Below the pieces are notes generated by a model. It did not search any database. It was not told the origin of the DNA and saw only the letters and a list, made by a program, of their open reading frames with translations. Positions 1 to 10,738 of a stretch of 57,608 nt of DNA are shown in pieces; positions within the stretch are counted from its first letter, which is position 1, and every line of letters starts with the position of its first letter. The stretch is from Candidatus Woesearchaeota archaeon (GTDB lineage Archaea; Nanobdellota; Nanobdellia; SCGC-AAA011-G17; GW2011-AR18): positions 1-57,608 of the forward strand of contig JAGVZG010000005.1 in the NCBI GenBank assembly GCA_018302765.1, in the 5' to 3' direction. The position numbers and the translations under genes are program-made.

Positions 1-12
1 GTTGAAATTAGT

Positions 13-86
13 CAATTTTACCGAGCCGTAATGCCCCACAGCTTGCTGTGAAGTGAGCGTATTCGCGAACGATGGGATAGGCTCGG
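13..86. mobile_element. MITE/REP-like GC-rich insertion flanked by 7-bp direct repeats
   Basis: AATTAGT at 6-12 and 87-93; inverted CCGAGCC (21-27)/GGCTCGG (80-86); internal hairpin CACAG-CTTG-CTGTG (37-50); palindrome TTCGCGAA (62-69); 39/66 GC over 21-86 in an AT-rich background. Confidence 0.45.
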
Positions 87-428
87 AATTAGTTTACTCA
101 TATTTAATAGCTGTTTTGTTTTTTTCTTTATAAAAACTGCATTTGAATAGCTTAGTGCACTTAATTGATAAGCAAGTAGTTCCACTATGTCTATTTCTTC
201 TAGCCTTTCTTTGTAGCAGTATAATATTGCTCTATTTATTGAATTATTATTTTTTAATTCCAAATGAATTAGTGCATCTATAACTTGGGAAGTTATTACT
301 ATAGGCTTTTGTAGGTATTCTGGGCCTTTTGGCTCTTTCATTGTTGAAGCCCAAAAACCTTCTTCATTCTGTTCTTTTAGCAAGTACTCTCTTGCTTTAT
401 TTAGAGCTTCTTTGATCTCTTTGTCCAT
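18..428 (-). pseudogene. Prenyltransferase/squalene-cyclase-repeat protein, interrupted by the insertion; probably continues beyond the window edge
   Basis: N-terminal QW-type repeat (ALNKAREYLLKEQNEEGFW); the last ~23 codons and the stop come from the GC-rich insert; the frame resumes (L-I-S) after the second direct repeat. Confidence 0.5.
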
Positions 429-591
429 AATATTATTTAGATAAAAATATTTAAAAAGCTTGTTAAAATTTTTTTCAGGAAAATAAAATCTTTTTTAGCC
501 TAGAAAACATATTTTCTTCCTTGGTTTATAAATTTAAGCTGGATCTGGTAGTTTAAATTATTAAAGGAGCCTTGCTATACTATTTGTAGGA

Positions 592-1236
592 GTGAAAAAA
601 ATGACAGACTTTGAAAAAGCTAAAAACTATGTTTATACTAAATTAGAAAAAGAACTAGCTAGAAACTTGTATTATCATGGAATTCATCATACTAGAGATG
701 ACGTTCTTCCTGCTGCTGAAAGATTAGCTGGATTAGAAGGTGTTTTGGGAGAAGATCTTTTACTGCTGAGAACTGCCGCATTGTATCATGATATAGGTTA
801 TGTTGAAACTTATTCTAAAAATGAGCCAATTGCTGTAAGAATTGCTTCAGAAACTTTACCTGTTTTTGGCTATTCTAAAGGACAAATTGAGAGTATTAGT
901 TCAATAATTATGGCAACGCAAGTGTATTTCTTAGATGGAAAACTGATTCAGAAGCCAGATGAAAATGATATTTTGCAAAAAATAATATGCGATGCAGACC
1001 TAGATAGCTTAGGAAGAGATGACTTTTTTGTTGTTTGTGATAATCTAAGAAGAGAATTAGGAGATTATGGAATAAAAAAATCATTAAGAAAATGGTATGA
1101 AGATGAAATTGTTTTTTTAGAAAACCACAATTACTTTACAAAAGCTGCTAGGCTGCTAAAAAATGACGTAAAGCTTAGAAATCTAGAAGAAATTAAATAT
1201 TTGTTACATGGACAAGAAGCAAAGCTTGCTTCTTAG
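592..1236 (+). CDS. HD-domain phosphohydrolase
   Basis: YHGIHHT, AALYHDIG and ICDADL motifs (H...HD...D). Confidence 0.85.
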   Translation: MKKMTDFEKAKNYVYTKLEKELARNLYYHGIHHTRDDVLPAAERLAGLEGVLGEDLLLLRTAALYHDIGYVETYSKNEPIAVRIASETLPVFGYSKGQIESISSIIMATQVYFLDGKLIQKPDENDILQKIICDADLDSLGRDDFFVVCDNLRRELGDYGIKKSLRKWYEDEIVFLENHNYFTKAARLLKNDVKLRNLEEIKYLLHGQEAKLAS

Positions 1237-1259
1237 ATTTATAATATCAAGGTGCAAAA

Positions 1260-2426
1260 ATGTTAATTCAAGAATTATCTGGTCATGAGAAATATATTTA
1301 TACAGAAAGATATATTAATCAATTTAAGAAAGTAGCTAATGAGGTTTCTCCTGAATATTGTGCTATTAATGGACTACCTTGCTTTTTGCTGCCTAATGTT
1401 ATTTTAGACATAAATAAAGTTAAATTATTTTTAGCTAATCCTAGAAAAGATATATTTGACAAAGTGGTTTTTGATAGTAATATAAAATTCTTTTTTCATC
1501 CTCAGATGATAGATGAATTTAATTTTAGCAATGTAAAATGCGACACTATAGTTGAGCCTACTTCTTCTACAAGAACTGTTGTTCCTAAAAATGAGAATTT
1601 TGCCATAAAACTGCATTTGAATAAAAGATTGTCTAAATACATAAGAAGATTAAAGGCTGATTCTGTAGAACATAGTGTACTAGTATCATCTGAATTAGAA
1701 AAAGGCTCTAAAGATATTAATTGTCCTGGTTCTTTTGGGTTTTTACCTGAAAGTATAGGTATTGCTTATAATGACATTGGCATGATTATTAGAGAGATGT
1801 TACCTAGACCATTAGTTGATGAAAATAGAATTTTAGTTCCTTTATTTTCTTTTTATTCTAGAGATATGGATAATGATTCACATATGCCTTTTTTTGTTCA
1901 ATTAGTCAATACAGGAAATTATGAGCCTTTGGATTTTTTCATAGAGAAAATTATAAGGCCTTTATTTGCCAATATGAGCTATTTCATTAATGAATATGGG
2001 CTTCTATTGGAACCACATGGACAAAATGTTTTAGTTGAAATGGATTCTGGTTTTAATACTACCAGATTAATTCATAGAGATTTTCAGAGTATTTATATTG
2101 ACAGAGAAATTAGAAATAATAAAAATTTAGATACTAAGTTTAGGAAGCACATTATGGGTGAAGAATGCCCTAAAGAAGTAAGTTATAGTTTAGTCTATGA
2201 TCAATTTGTTGGCGAATATTTAATTGAAAACTTTGTTAATCTTATATTTAATACTTGGAATATTCCTAGAGATATTATAATTTACAACATAAAAGAAGTA
2301 TTTAAGGAATATTTTGATTTAAGTTTATTTCCCAAAGATTGTTATTACATGATGAGCAAATCTACTTTTAATGATAATACTACTACATTTGATAGATATC
2401 ATATAAAACCAAAATACAGGCCATGA
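1260..2426 (+). CDS. IucA/IucC-like (NRPS-independent synthetase family) protein, short form
   Basis: FHP, PTSSTRT, IKLHL, EPHGQNVLV and HRDFQ motifs typical of the IucA/IucC-FhuF-like core. Confidence 0.7.
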   Translation: MLIQELSGHEKYIYTERYINQFKKVANEVSPEYCAINGLPCFLLPNVILDINKVKLFLANPRKDIFDKVVFDSNIKFFFHPQMIDEFNFSNVKCDTIVEPTSSTRTVVPKNENFAIKLHLNKRLSKYIRRLKADSVEHSVLVSSELEKGSKDINCPGSFGFLPESIGIAYNDIGMIIREMLPRPLVDENRILVPLFSFYSRDMDNDSHMPFFVQLVNTGNYEPLDFFIEKIIRPLFANMSYFINEYGLLLEPHGQNVLVEMDSGFNTTRLIHRDFQSIYIDREIRNNKNLDTKFRKHIMGEECPKEVSYSLVYDQFVGEYLIENFVNLIFNTWNIPRDIIIYNIKEVFKEYFDLSLFPKDCYYMMSKSTFNDNTTTFDRYHIKPKYRP

Positions 2427-3145
2427 AAATAATAACTATAGAAGGTTTAAAAGGAACTGGAAAAAGTTTTATTTGTAATAATATATCTAAAAATTATAGT
2501 GTTAAAATTGCTGGTAAATTTTCTAAAGGCAAGGCAGTTTTTCCTGATTTTATTTTAGAATTTAAAGAAAAATATAATAATTTATTTAATGACATAGACA
2601 GCAGTTTAGGCCTTGGTTTTTATGCTAACTTCTTTCATGAATTAGAATCTCAGAATGAGAAATTTATATTATTTAATAGAGGTTTACTTTCCCTTCCTTA
2701 TTTTGGATATTATGGTTATTTTCACAATAAAGAAAAAATTGATTTTTGTACTTATGAGAAGATTTTGATGGAACTTTATGAATTAGTGCTAGAGAAATAT
2801 AAGAAATTTGAGAGTTCAAGTATTTTTATTATTATTGAATGCAGCGATGATACAATAAAAACTAGGTTGGCTAAAAGAGAAATTGCTATACCTTCAGATA
2901 TTTTCTTTTTAGATAATTTAGATTTGTATAAAATGGCTAAGATTAAATTTGAAGACAAAGCTATGAAGATTTTGACTAATTCTATATTTATTTATTTGCA
3001 GAATGAAAATCTTAATATTAATAAAATTTTAGAATATTTTTATTCAATTTTTATCTCAACTAAACCTCTTCCTATACCCAGTTCTTTCCAATTTAATTTA
3101 GAATTTTCTAAATATTCAAAGAAGTCTCCCATATTTTCTTTATGA
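2423..3145 (+). CDS. P-loop NMP/dNK-like kinase
   Basis: N-terminal ITIEGLKGTGKS Walker A; ATGA overlap with the upstream gene; C-terminus runs about 100 nt antisense into the next gene. Confidence 0.55.
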   Translation: MKIITIEGLKGTGKSFICNNISKNYSVKIAGKFSKGKAVFPDFILEFKEKYNNLFNDIDSSLGLGFYANFFHELESQNEKFILFNRGLLSLPYFGYYGYFHNKEKIDFCTYEKILMELYELVLEKYKKFESSSIFIIIECSDDTIKTRLAKREIAIPSDIFFLDNLDLYKMAKIKFEDKAMKILTNSIFIYLQNENLNINKILEYFYSIFISTKPLPIPSSFQFNLEFSKYSKKSPIFSL

Positions 3146-3546
3146 GATATTGTATTATCTGCATAAATAAAGCCTTTATCTATTAATTTCAATGATAATT
3201 CTAGATATTCTTTGTATTGTCTTTTCATTGCATCTATAAATATTAAGTCAAATTTTTCTTTTATATCATTTAAAACTTCTCTTGCATCACCCTCTAATAT
3301 TTCTATATTTTCTATGTTATATTTTTTGATGTTTTCTCTGGCTATTTCAATGGCTTTTTTATCTATCTCTATGGTTTTTACTTGTCTTGCGACTGTTGAA
3401 AATTTTAATGCTGAATAACCATTAAAACAGCCAATTTCCAGTACTTTTTTTAATTTATAATTTTTAATTATATTTAACATGTAATCAATAGATACTTTTT
3501 CTATGTTTGGCCTTTGCCTGTTTTCTTCTAATTCTTTGAATTCCAT
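3040..3546 (-). CDS. Class I SAM-dependent O-methyltransferase (YrrM/TrmR-like)
   Basis: VLEIGCFNGYSA motif I, GDA, FDLIFIDAMKRQY. Confidence 0.8.
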   Translation of the reverse strand: MEFKELEENRQRPNIEKVSIDYMLNIIKNYKLKKVLEIGCFNGYSALKFSTVARQVKTIEIDKKAIEIARENIKKYNIENIEILEGDAREVLNDIKEKFDLIFIDAMKRQYKEYLELSLKLIDKGFIYADNTISHKENMGDFFEYLENSKLNWKELGIGRGLVEIKIE

Positions 3547-3564
3547 GTCTCAACTATAAAATTA

Positions 3565-3936
3565 TTATTTTTGAATTTTTGATTCTAGGTCTCTCTTTCT
3601 TAAGTATTCATAAATTCCAGATCCTACATTTGTAGCTGCTGGTATTAAAAGTAAAGCATAATTTTCATTTTCTATTCCATAATTCATATATAAATTTACT
3701 TGAGCAATATTTAGACAAATACCACAAATAAAACCAGAATAACTACCAAACATCCCGGCTTCAGTAAAGTCTTCATTGTTTTTATCATTGGGTTCTTTTA
3801 ATTTTCTAACTGTATAAGGAAGAAAATACGGCAAATAGAACGATGTAGCATGAGCCGTTGTTATGAAGAAGTATTGCCATTCATCTAGAGCACTGATAGC
3901 TTGCTTAATATTTTCTTTTAATTTTTTTGATATCAT
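3565..3936 (-). CDS. Hypothetical membrane protein
   Basis: 123-aa ORF with hydrophobic segments; fills the gap between neighbours. Confidence 0.5.
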   Translation of the reverse strand: MISKKLKENIKQAISALDEWQYFFITTAHATSFYLPYFLPYTVRKLKEPNDKNNEDFTEAGMFGSYSGFICGICLNIAQVNLYMNYGIENENYALLLIPAATNVGSGIYEYLRKRDLESKIQK

Positions 3937-3988
3937 GATTATTATATTTAAAGCAAAATTTAATAAATCTTCTTAATGGTAAAATTTT

Positions 3989-4849
3989 ATGAAAAAAATA
4001 TTAGTTTCAAGTTTCTATAAATATATTTATTTAGATAATTTAGAAGAATTTCAAAAAGAACATTTAGAGTTTTGTAAGAATTTAGACATAAAGGGAAAAA
4101 TTTTGATTTCTAAAGAAGGCATCAATGGAACTGTTTCTGGCATTAAGGATCAAATTTATAAATATGAAACTAATTTATTAAGCCACAAAGAATTCTCTGA
4201 TTTAAAATTCAAAAGAACTTTAGCAGAAATACATCCTTTTAGAAAGACAATAGTAAGAATAAGAAATGAAATAGTTAGTTCTGGATTTGGAATTAGTGCT
4301 AAAAATTTTGGAAAACATATCTCTCCATATGAATTAAATAAATTATATGACAATAAAGAAGATTTTGTTATAGTTGATGCTAGAAATAATTACGAGAGTA
4401 AAATTGGAAGATTTAAGAATGCTGTAACTCCAGATATTGAAACATTCAGGGAGTTTAAGACTTTAGTTAAACAGTTGGAAGGTTTTAAAAATAAAAAAGT
4501 TGTTTTGTATTGTACTGGAGGTGTTAGGTGTGAAAAGGCTTCTGCTTTACTTATTAATGAAGGCTTTAAAGATGTAAATCAGGTTGATGGTGGGATAATT
4601 AATTATATACAGCAATATCCAGGAATACATTTTGAGGGCAGATGCTTTGTATTTGATGACAGATTATCTATAGAAACTGGTGATTCCAAAGATATAACAA
4701 TATGTGAAAGATGCCATGAGCCTTGTGGCGAATATATTAATTGCTTTAATATTAGGTGTGACAAATTATTTGTCTGCTGCAGAGAATGCAGAGAGAAATT
4801 TTATAGTACTTGTTCTAAAGAATGTAGAAATTTAGTTAATAGTATTTAA
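3989..4849 (+). CDS. trhO: Rhodanese-domain tRNA U34 hydroxylase (UPF0176/YceA family)
   Basis: KGKILISKEGINGT, DARNNYE, YCTGGVRCEKAS, FEGRCFVFDDR and a Cys-rich C-terminus. Confidence 0.85.
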   Translation: MKKILVSSFYKYIYLDNLEEFQKEHLEFCKNLDIKGKILISKEGINGTVSGIKDQIYKYETNLLSHKEFSDLKFKRTLAEIHPFRKTIVRIRNEIVSSGFGISAKNFGKHISPYELNKLYDNKEDFVIVDARNNYESKIGRFKNAVTPDIETFREFKTLVKQLEGFKNKKVVLYCTGGVRCEKASALLINEGFKDVNQVDGGIINYIQQYPGIHFEGRCFVFDDRLSIETGDSKDITICERCHEPCGEYINCFNIRCDKLFVCCRECREKFYSTCSKECRNLVNSI

Positions 4850-6033
4850 TAATAAACTACCTTATTATATATCTTCCTCCTACTCCTCTTTTTTGGTCTT
4901 CTTGTTAAGGCTTCTGCTACTAATCTTCTTTGTTGTTCGTATTTAGCTCTTGCAGATCCAAATTTAGTTTCTAATTTTTCATTTTCAGTTATATAACTAG
5001 ACAATTCAGTACTATTTTCTACTAGTAATTTACCTAAACTATTTTCATCCAAAGATTCTACTACCAAGGCAAAAATTTCATTTTTATCTGGTAAATACCT
5101 TAATGTTTGTATTGCACTTTTATGCTCTTCTGAATAAGAATCCATTAATCTTGCTAATGTTTTAGAAGCATATTTTCTTACTGTTGCATTATTTTTTAAA
5201 TATCCTGAAACATTTTTTTGATCAAGCCTTGATTTTTTATCATTATATTTTGGTCTTCCGCCGTCCCAAGAATTTATTATAACATTGCAAATATATGGTG
5301 AGATTAATACAGCCATTTCTTCTTTTGTAGCTCCTAAACTTTCTGAATTATCATCAACTTGACAAACAAACTTAAGATAATTATCTATTTCCTTTACTCC
5401 TAAATTATTTAATATTGTTAGTTCGTCGTTTCCCCTTCTTTTCATATTTCTTCTGAATATTTTTATGCCTGATTTAGCATGTTGTAAATCTAATGTTGAG
5501 TAATCCCATCTGATATATCTCATTATGTTTCCTTGAGTTTCTGCTAGTTGTTCCCAAAAACTTAAGTTAATTGCTCTATCTCTGAATTCTGAGTTGATAG
5601 CTGAAGAAAACATCGTACCTTCTTTTTCTATTACATATTCTAATAATGCGCTGTAACCATGATATGTTCCTGGCCAAGACGTTTTATGTGGTATTAGTAT
5701 TGCTTGATTTACAGTTATTGTTAAAATTTCTTGAAGTTCTGCATTTGAGAATAAACCTTTTGACCATGTTTGTGCTTCTTCTGGTTTTGGAGTGCTTCCT
5801 GGTCTAATTTTTTGATTCTGGCCATCAACCATATACAAAACACCCCAATATCTTGCATCTTCTAAATTCTTTAGCATATTATCGATTTTTCTGTTTTTAC
5901 ATAAAAAATTTTTAGAAGTTCTGTATGTTTCTACAAATCTCTGAGTTCTATCAATTAATGAGGCTTTGGCAGCTTCTAAAGTTATTTCTTCATCATCTTT
6001 TGCCATTAATTCTAGAGTAAAATCTTGCTGCAT
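4846..6033 (-). CDS. Hypothetical protein
   Basis: 395-aa uninterrupted ORF with normal composition; no recognisable motif. Confidence 0.6.
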   Translation of the reverse strand: MQQDFTLELMAKDDEEITLEAAKASLIDRTQRFVETYRTSKNFLCKNRKIDNMLKNLEDARYWGVLYMVDGQNQKIRPGSTPKPEEAQTWSKGLFSNAELQEILTITVNQAILIPHKTSWPGTYHGYSALLEYVIEKEGTMFSSAINSEFRDRAINLSFWEQLAETQGNIMRYIRWDYSTLDLQHAKSGIKIFRRNMKRRGNDELTILNNLGVKEIDNYLKFVCQVDDNSESLGATKEEMAVLISPYICNVIINSWDGGRPKYNDKKSRLDQKNVSGYLKNNATVRKYASKTLARLMDSYSEEHKSAIQTLRYLPDKNEIFALVVESLDENSLGKLLVENSTELSSYITENEKLETKFGSARAKYEQQRRLVAEALTRRPKKRSRRKIYNKVVYY

Positions 6034-6186
6034 AAATTAGAATAAGATTTTTACAATTTAAAGATTTGTTTGTTTGAAAATGATATTTAATGAAATATAT
6101 ATTATTTCTCAATTTTTATTTTTTTAAGAAAAATTTTTGTTAATAATTTAAAAAGTCTTAAATAGTTTGTTTCCTAATTATTTAAC

Positions 6187-6879
6187 GTGAGAATAGCTAT
6201 AATTGCAGATATACATGGTAACTTAGAAGCTTTAGAAGCTGTGCTTAAAGACATATCTAATAAGAATGTTGATGATATTGTTTGTTTAGGTGATTTAGTC
6301 GGATATGCTGCTAACCCAAATGAAGTTGTTGACTTAATAAAGAAGAAAGGCATTAGGTGCATAAAAGGCAATCATGATTTAAATGCAGTGACTTTGGAAA
6401 AATTAGATTGGTTTAATGAGAGAGCACAGGAAGCTTTGAAGTTTACAAATAAAGTCTTGACTGAGGAAAATAAGAAATTCCTGATGGATTTACCTGAGAC
6501 TTTAGAATTAAAAGATAAAAATAAATTATTTGCTGTTCATGGAAGCCCTAAAGATCCTCTGTATGAATATTTAGATCCTACTGTAGATGAAGACTTAATT
6601 AAAGACATGTTGGATGAACAGAAAGCTGATGTTTTAGTCTGTGCACATACTCATTTGCCTGACTTAAAGAGATTTGAATTAAAAGTTTTTTTGAATCCTG
6701 GCTCTGTTGGTCAGCCTAGGAATAATAATTCTAAATCCCAATATGCTATTCTGGATTTGGGAAATATTAATTTTGTAAGCTTTGAAACTGTGGAGTATGA
6801 TATTGATACTGCTGCTAAGAAGATAATACAGGCTGGATTGCCTAGATTTTTAGCTGATAGATTGTATGTTGGGAGGTAA
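6187..6879 (+). CDS. Calcineurin-like metallophosphoesterase
   Basis: DIHGN, GDLVGY, GNHD, HGSP, AHTH and NPGSVGQPR motifs; GTG start. Confidence 0.9.
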   Translation: MRIAIIADIHGNLEALEAVLKDISNKNVDDIVCLGDLVGYAANPNEVVDLIKKKGIRCIKGNHDLNAVTLEKLDWFNERAQEALKFTNKVLTEENKKFLMDLPETLELKDKNKLFAVHGSPKDPLYEYLDPTVDEDLIKDMLDEQKADVLVCAHTHLPDLKRFELKVFLNPGSVGQPRNNNSKSQYAILDLGNINFVSFETVEYDIDTAAKKIIQAGLPRFLADRLYVGR

Positions 6880-7244
6880 AATATTTTTATCATTTCTGAA
6901 GTTTTGCATAATTTTTTATTAAAGAGAAATAGATATTTATTATTAAGTTATAAAAATTTATTCTGCAAAGAACATTAAATGTTATTAATGAAAAAGGAGA
7001 GCTGCCTGAATTATATTATGGTTTTAGTGATATTTCATAATGATAATAGCCCTTTAGGCTGGGTTTAGTCTTTGCTTATAGTTGCTTTAAATTGGTTTAT
7101 ATTTTACAATGTTTATTTTAATCATACAACAACTTAAACAATGAATCTTGTGTTTCTTATATTTAGTAAGAATCATTAATAACAGCTCTTATTATTCTTT
7201 ATTTATTGTATTATTACCAGCAGGCACTATAAATAATAAAATAA

Positions 7245-9665
7245 TTATATATTATTAAACTTGTATCTTCTCATCAAACTGGAATTTGAGACTACAGAAA
7301 CAGAGGAAAAAGCCATTGCTGCAGCAGCTATCATTGGATTTAATAGAAAACCTGTAAATGGATATAGCAATCCGGCAGCTACTGGAATAGAAACAACATT
7401 ATAGACAAAAGCCCAAAACAGATTCTGCTTTATTTTTTTTAATGTGTATTCACTTAGTTTTATTGCTTTTACTACATCTCTTAGGTCATTTTTTACAAGA
7501 ACTATATTTCCTGTTTCTATTGCTATATCTGTTCCTGAGCCTATTGCTATTCCAACATCAGACTGAGCCAGAGCAGGAGCATCATTTATGCCATCGCCAA
7601 CAAAAGCTACCTTTTTTCCTGCTTTTTGCAGCTCTTTAACCTTTTCTGATTTTTCAGACGGTAGAACCTCTGACATTACATTTTTAATAGATAATTCTTT
7701 AGCAATTGCTTCTGCTGTTGTATTATTATCACCTGTAATCATAAAGATCTCTAAATTCATTTTATTTAATTTTTCTATTGTTTCCTTTGCTGTTTCCTTA
7801 ATTGTATCTGCTATTGCTATTAATCCAAGAACTTGTTTATTTGCTGCTATTATTACTGTTGTTTTGCCTTGTTTCTCTAATTTTAGTAATTCTTTCTCTG
7901 CATCTTTTGTCTTTATATTATAGTCTTCAAGAAGCTTTTTTGTGCCAATTAATATTTTCTTATTGCCATATTCTGCGTATATGCCCTTTCCAGATATTGC
8001 CTTAAATTTATGAGTCTTTGGAATTTTTAATTTTCCTGCCTTTTTTCTAATGGCTTCTGCTATTGGGTGCTCTGAGCCTGACTCTGCTGTTGCTGCAATT
8101 TTTAATATTTCTTCTTGTGAAAATCTTGACAGTGATACAATGTTAGTAACTTCTGGTTTGCCTTTTGTTAATGTTCCTGTTTTATCAAATATTATTGTGT
8201 TTATTTTATGAACTTTTTCAAGTGACTCTGCATCTTTGATAAGTATCCCATTTTCAGCTCCCTTGCCAGTTCCCATCATTATTGCTGTAGGAGTAGCAAG
8301 ACCAAGAGCACATGGACAGGCTATTATTAATACTGCAATAAATATCGTCAAGGAAAATACAAATGGTTGTTTTAATATAAATAACCATATTAAAAATGAT
8401 ATTATTGATATTGCAATTACTGCTGGAACAAAATAAGCAGATATCTGGTCTGCAATTTTCTGTATTGGAGCCTTGCTTGACTGTGCTTGTTCTACTAATT
8501 TTATTATTTGTGACAATACAGTATCTTTGCCTACTTTTGTTGTCCTGATTTTTAAAAAACCATTTTTATTTATTGTTGCTCCTACTACCTTATCATGTGT
8601 TTTTTTATTTACAGGCATTGACTCACCAGTAACCATTGATTCATCTACTGAAGCTTCTCCGCTTATTATTATTCCATCAACTGGAATTTTTTCTCCTGGC
8701 CTTACTACAAGAATATCTCCAACTTTTACATCGTCTATTGAAATTTCCTGTTCTTTCTCATCTACTAATATTTTTGCTGTTTTTGGCTGCAGGCCAATTA
8801 ATTTTTTTATTGATTCTGAAGTTCTGCCTTTTGCTTTTGCTTCCAGGTATTTTCCCAAAACTATTAATGTTATTATAACTGCTGCAGTATCATAATAAGG
8901 AGATCCACTGAATATTTCAGGAAAGAAAGTTACCAGTGCACTATAGATATATGCTGCTGATGTTCCTATAGCTATTAGTGTATCCATATTTGCTGTTTTA
9001 TTTTTTAATGCAAAATATGTTCCTTTGTAGAATTTGTAGCCTATGAGAAACTGTATTGGTGTTGCCAAAACTAGAAGCAATAAATTAGGTAGTATCTCGC
9101 GCTTTAGATGTATGTTAAATATTTCAGGGAAAGACAATACTAATATTGGTATTGTTATAATTATGCTTATTATTGTATGATTTCTTAGTTTTTTAATCTC
9201 TTTTTCCCTTACTTCTTTTTCTTTGTCTTGGGAAGACTCCTCTAATGGTTCATAGCCTGCAGATTTAATTATTGATTTTATTTCTGATGGCCTTATTTTT
9301 TCATTATTAAAATATACTACTGCTTTTGATGTTGAGAAATTCAAATCTGCTTTTTTTATTCCTTCCTTATTTAAAAGTGCTTTTTCAACAATGCCTGCAC
9401 AGTGAGGTGAATCCATTCCCATAACTTTAAGTGTTAATTTTGATTCATTATGGTCTATTACTTTGTAGCCTGTTTTTTCTATTGTTTCTTTTATTTTACT
9501 TTCACTTACTGCTTTAGCATCATATTCTACTGTTGCTTTTTCAGATGCAAAATTTACAGAAGCATTTTCTATACCACTTAATTTTTCCAGGTTTTTTTCT
9601 ATTGTATTTGCACAGGAAGCGCAGTGCATTCCAGAGATTTGAAGATCTACTCTTTTTTTCTGCAT
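7245..9665 (-). CDS. copA: Copper-translocating P1B-type ATPase with two HMA domains
   Basis: GMHCASC, a second degenerate HMA (GMDSPHC), TGES, CPC, DKTGT, GDGIND, YN and MAFSS motifs. Confidence 0.95.
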   Translation of the reverse strand: MQKKRVDLQISGMHCASCANTIEKNLEKLSGIENASVNFASEKATVEYDAKAVSESKIKETIEKTGYKVIDHNESKLTLKVMGMDSPHCAGIVEKALLNKEGIKKADLNFSTSKAVVYFNNEKIRPSEIKSIIKSAGYEPLEESSQDKEKEVREKEIKKLRNHTIISIIITIPILVLSFPEIFNIHLKREILPNLLLLVLATPIQFLIGYKFYKGTYFALKNKTANMDTLIAIGTSAAYIYSALVTFFPEIFSGSPYYDTAAVIITLIVLGKYLEAKAKGRTSESIKKLIGLQPKTAKILVDEKEQEISIDDVKVGDILVVRPGEKIPVDGIIISGEASVDESMVTGESMPVNKKTHDKVVGATINKNGFLKIRTTKVGKDTVLSQIIKLVEQAQSSKAPIQKIADQISAYFVPAVIAISIISFLIWLFILKQPFVFSLTIFIAVLIIACPCALGLATPTAIMMGTGKGAENGILIKDAESLEKVHKINTIIFDKTGTLTKGKPEVTNIVSLSRFSQEEILKIAATAESGSEHPIAEAIRKKAGKLKIPKTHKFKAISGKGIYAEYGNKKILIGTKKLLEDYNIKTKDAEKELLKLEKQGKTTVIIAANKQVLGLIAIADTIKETAKETIEKLNKMNLEIFMITGDNNTTAEAIAKELSIKNVMSEVLPSEKSEKVKELQKAGKKVAFVGDGINDAPALAQSDVGIAIGSGTDIAIETGNIVLVKNDLRDVVKAIKLSEYTLKKIKQNLFWAFVYNVVSIPVAAGLLYPFTGFLLNPMIAAAAMAFSSVSVVSNSSLMRRYKFNNI

Positions 9666-9799
9666 TAATTTGTCTTGTACTTGTTAGTATTTAACCTTTG
9701 CTCTGTCTGGATACGTTCTGAACAACTGTTTTAGTAATAAATATGCATAAAAGTATTTAAATCTTGTTACATGTTTTGTTGCTTTGGTGCCGTTTAGTC

Positions 9800-10732
9800 T
9801 TATTTTTTGTAATTCCTAATCTGATCAATTATCAAATGGAGCATTTCTGAAACATATTTTTTATAATTTCCTTTATCTGCAATTTCTAAGCATTTGTAAT
9901 AATCTTCTCTTTTTTCAAAGGGAATAAAAAACATTGGATATTCTTTTTTCATTAAAATAAAATTCATTATAGTTCTTGCGGTTCTTCCATTTCCATCTTC
10001 AAAAGGGTGTATCCAAGCCAGTTTATGGTGCAATATAACTGCAAGTTCAAAAGGATGCAATTTAATTTTATTAGCAGAATACCATTTATATAAATTTGAT
10101 AAATGTTTTTTAACTTCCTTTTCAGTTGGTGGTGTATGTTTTGATCCAAATATCTGAACCTCAAAGAATCTTATTCTTCCAGGATAGGTTACTCCTGTAT
10201 TTTTTGTCAATATATTATTTACTTTAGTTATTAACTTTTGATTGAAGTCTTCTTTGTAATTTTTTATAAAATCTAGGCATTCTTTTCCGTTTATAGCTTC
10301 ATTATAATCTTCAGCTCTTATTCCTGTTGGAATTACTTTGTCTTTTAATATTAATGCTGTTTGTCTTAAGGTTAACCTATTTCCTTCTATCGCATTACTA
10401 TGATATGTAAATCTTATAACAAAATCTTCATTTAGCTTTTCTTTTAAACTTTTTGGAGTTTTCTTCAACCATTCTTTAAATCCTTCTTTTAGGTCTTCTA
10501 GAACTTCTGCATCTTCATCTGTTAAATAATAATAATTATATTCTTTTTTTATTTTTAGTTCTTTTATTTTGTTTTCTATTTCTTTAGCATATTTTTCTAT
10601 TTCTTCTTTGGAAGGTTTTATATCTCCCATATATATTCTAATCTTTTTCCATTTATTTATAGAAATACGTACATTTTTAGTTAAATAGTAATATTCTTTG
10701 TTATTTCTCTTTATTTTTTCCATATAAGTCAT
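9800..10732 (-). CDS. Fic-family protein (class II, inhibitory helix) with extra N-terminal beta-rich domain
   Basis: HPFEDGNGRTAR catalytic motif; SNAIEG inhibitory motif. Confidence 0.9.
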   Translation of the reverse strand: MTYMEKIKRNNKEYYYLTKNVRISINKWKKIRIYMGDIKPSKEEIEKYAKEIENKIKELKIKKEYNYYYLTDEDAEVLEDLKEGFKEWLKKTPKSLKEKLNEDFVIRFTYHSNAIEGNRLTLRQTALILKDKVIPTGIRAEDYNEAINGKECLDFIKNYKEDFNQKLITKVNNILTKNTGVTYPGRIRFFEVQIFGSKHTPPTEKEVKKHLSNLYKWYSANKIKLHPFELAVILHHKLAWIHPFEDGNGRTARTIMNFILMKKEYPMFFIPFEKREDYYKCLEIADKGNYKKYVSEMLHLIIDQIRNYKK

Positions 10733-10738
10733 ACAATA

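Noticed and set aside
6880-7244. Hidden gene or ncRNA in the 365-bp gap before the copA stop
   Set aside because: Only short open stretches without a start or RBS, and no stable GC-rich structure
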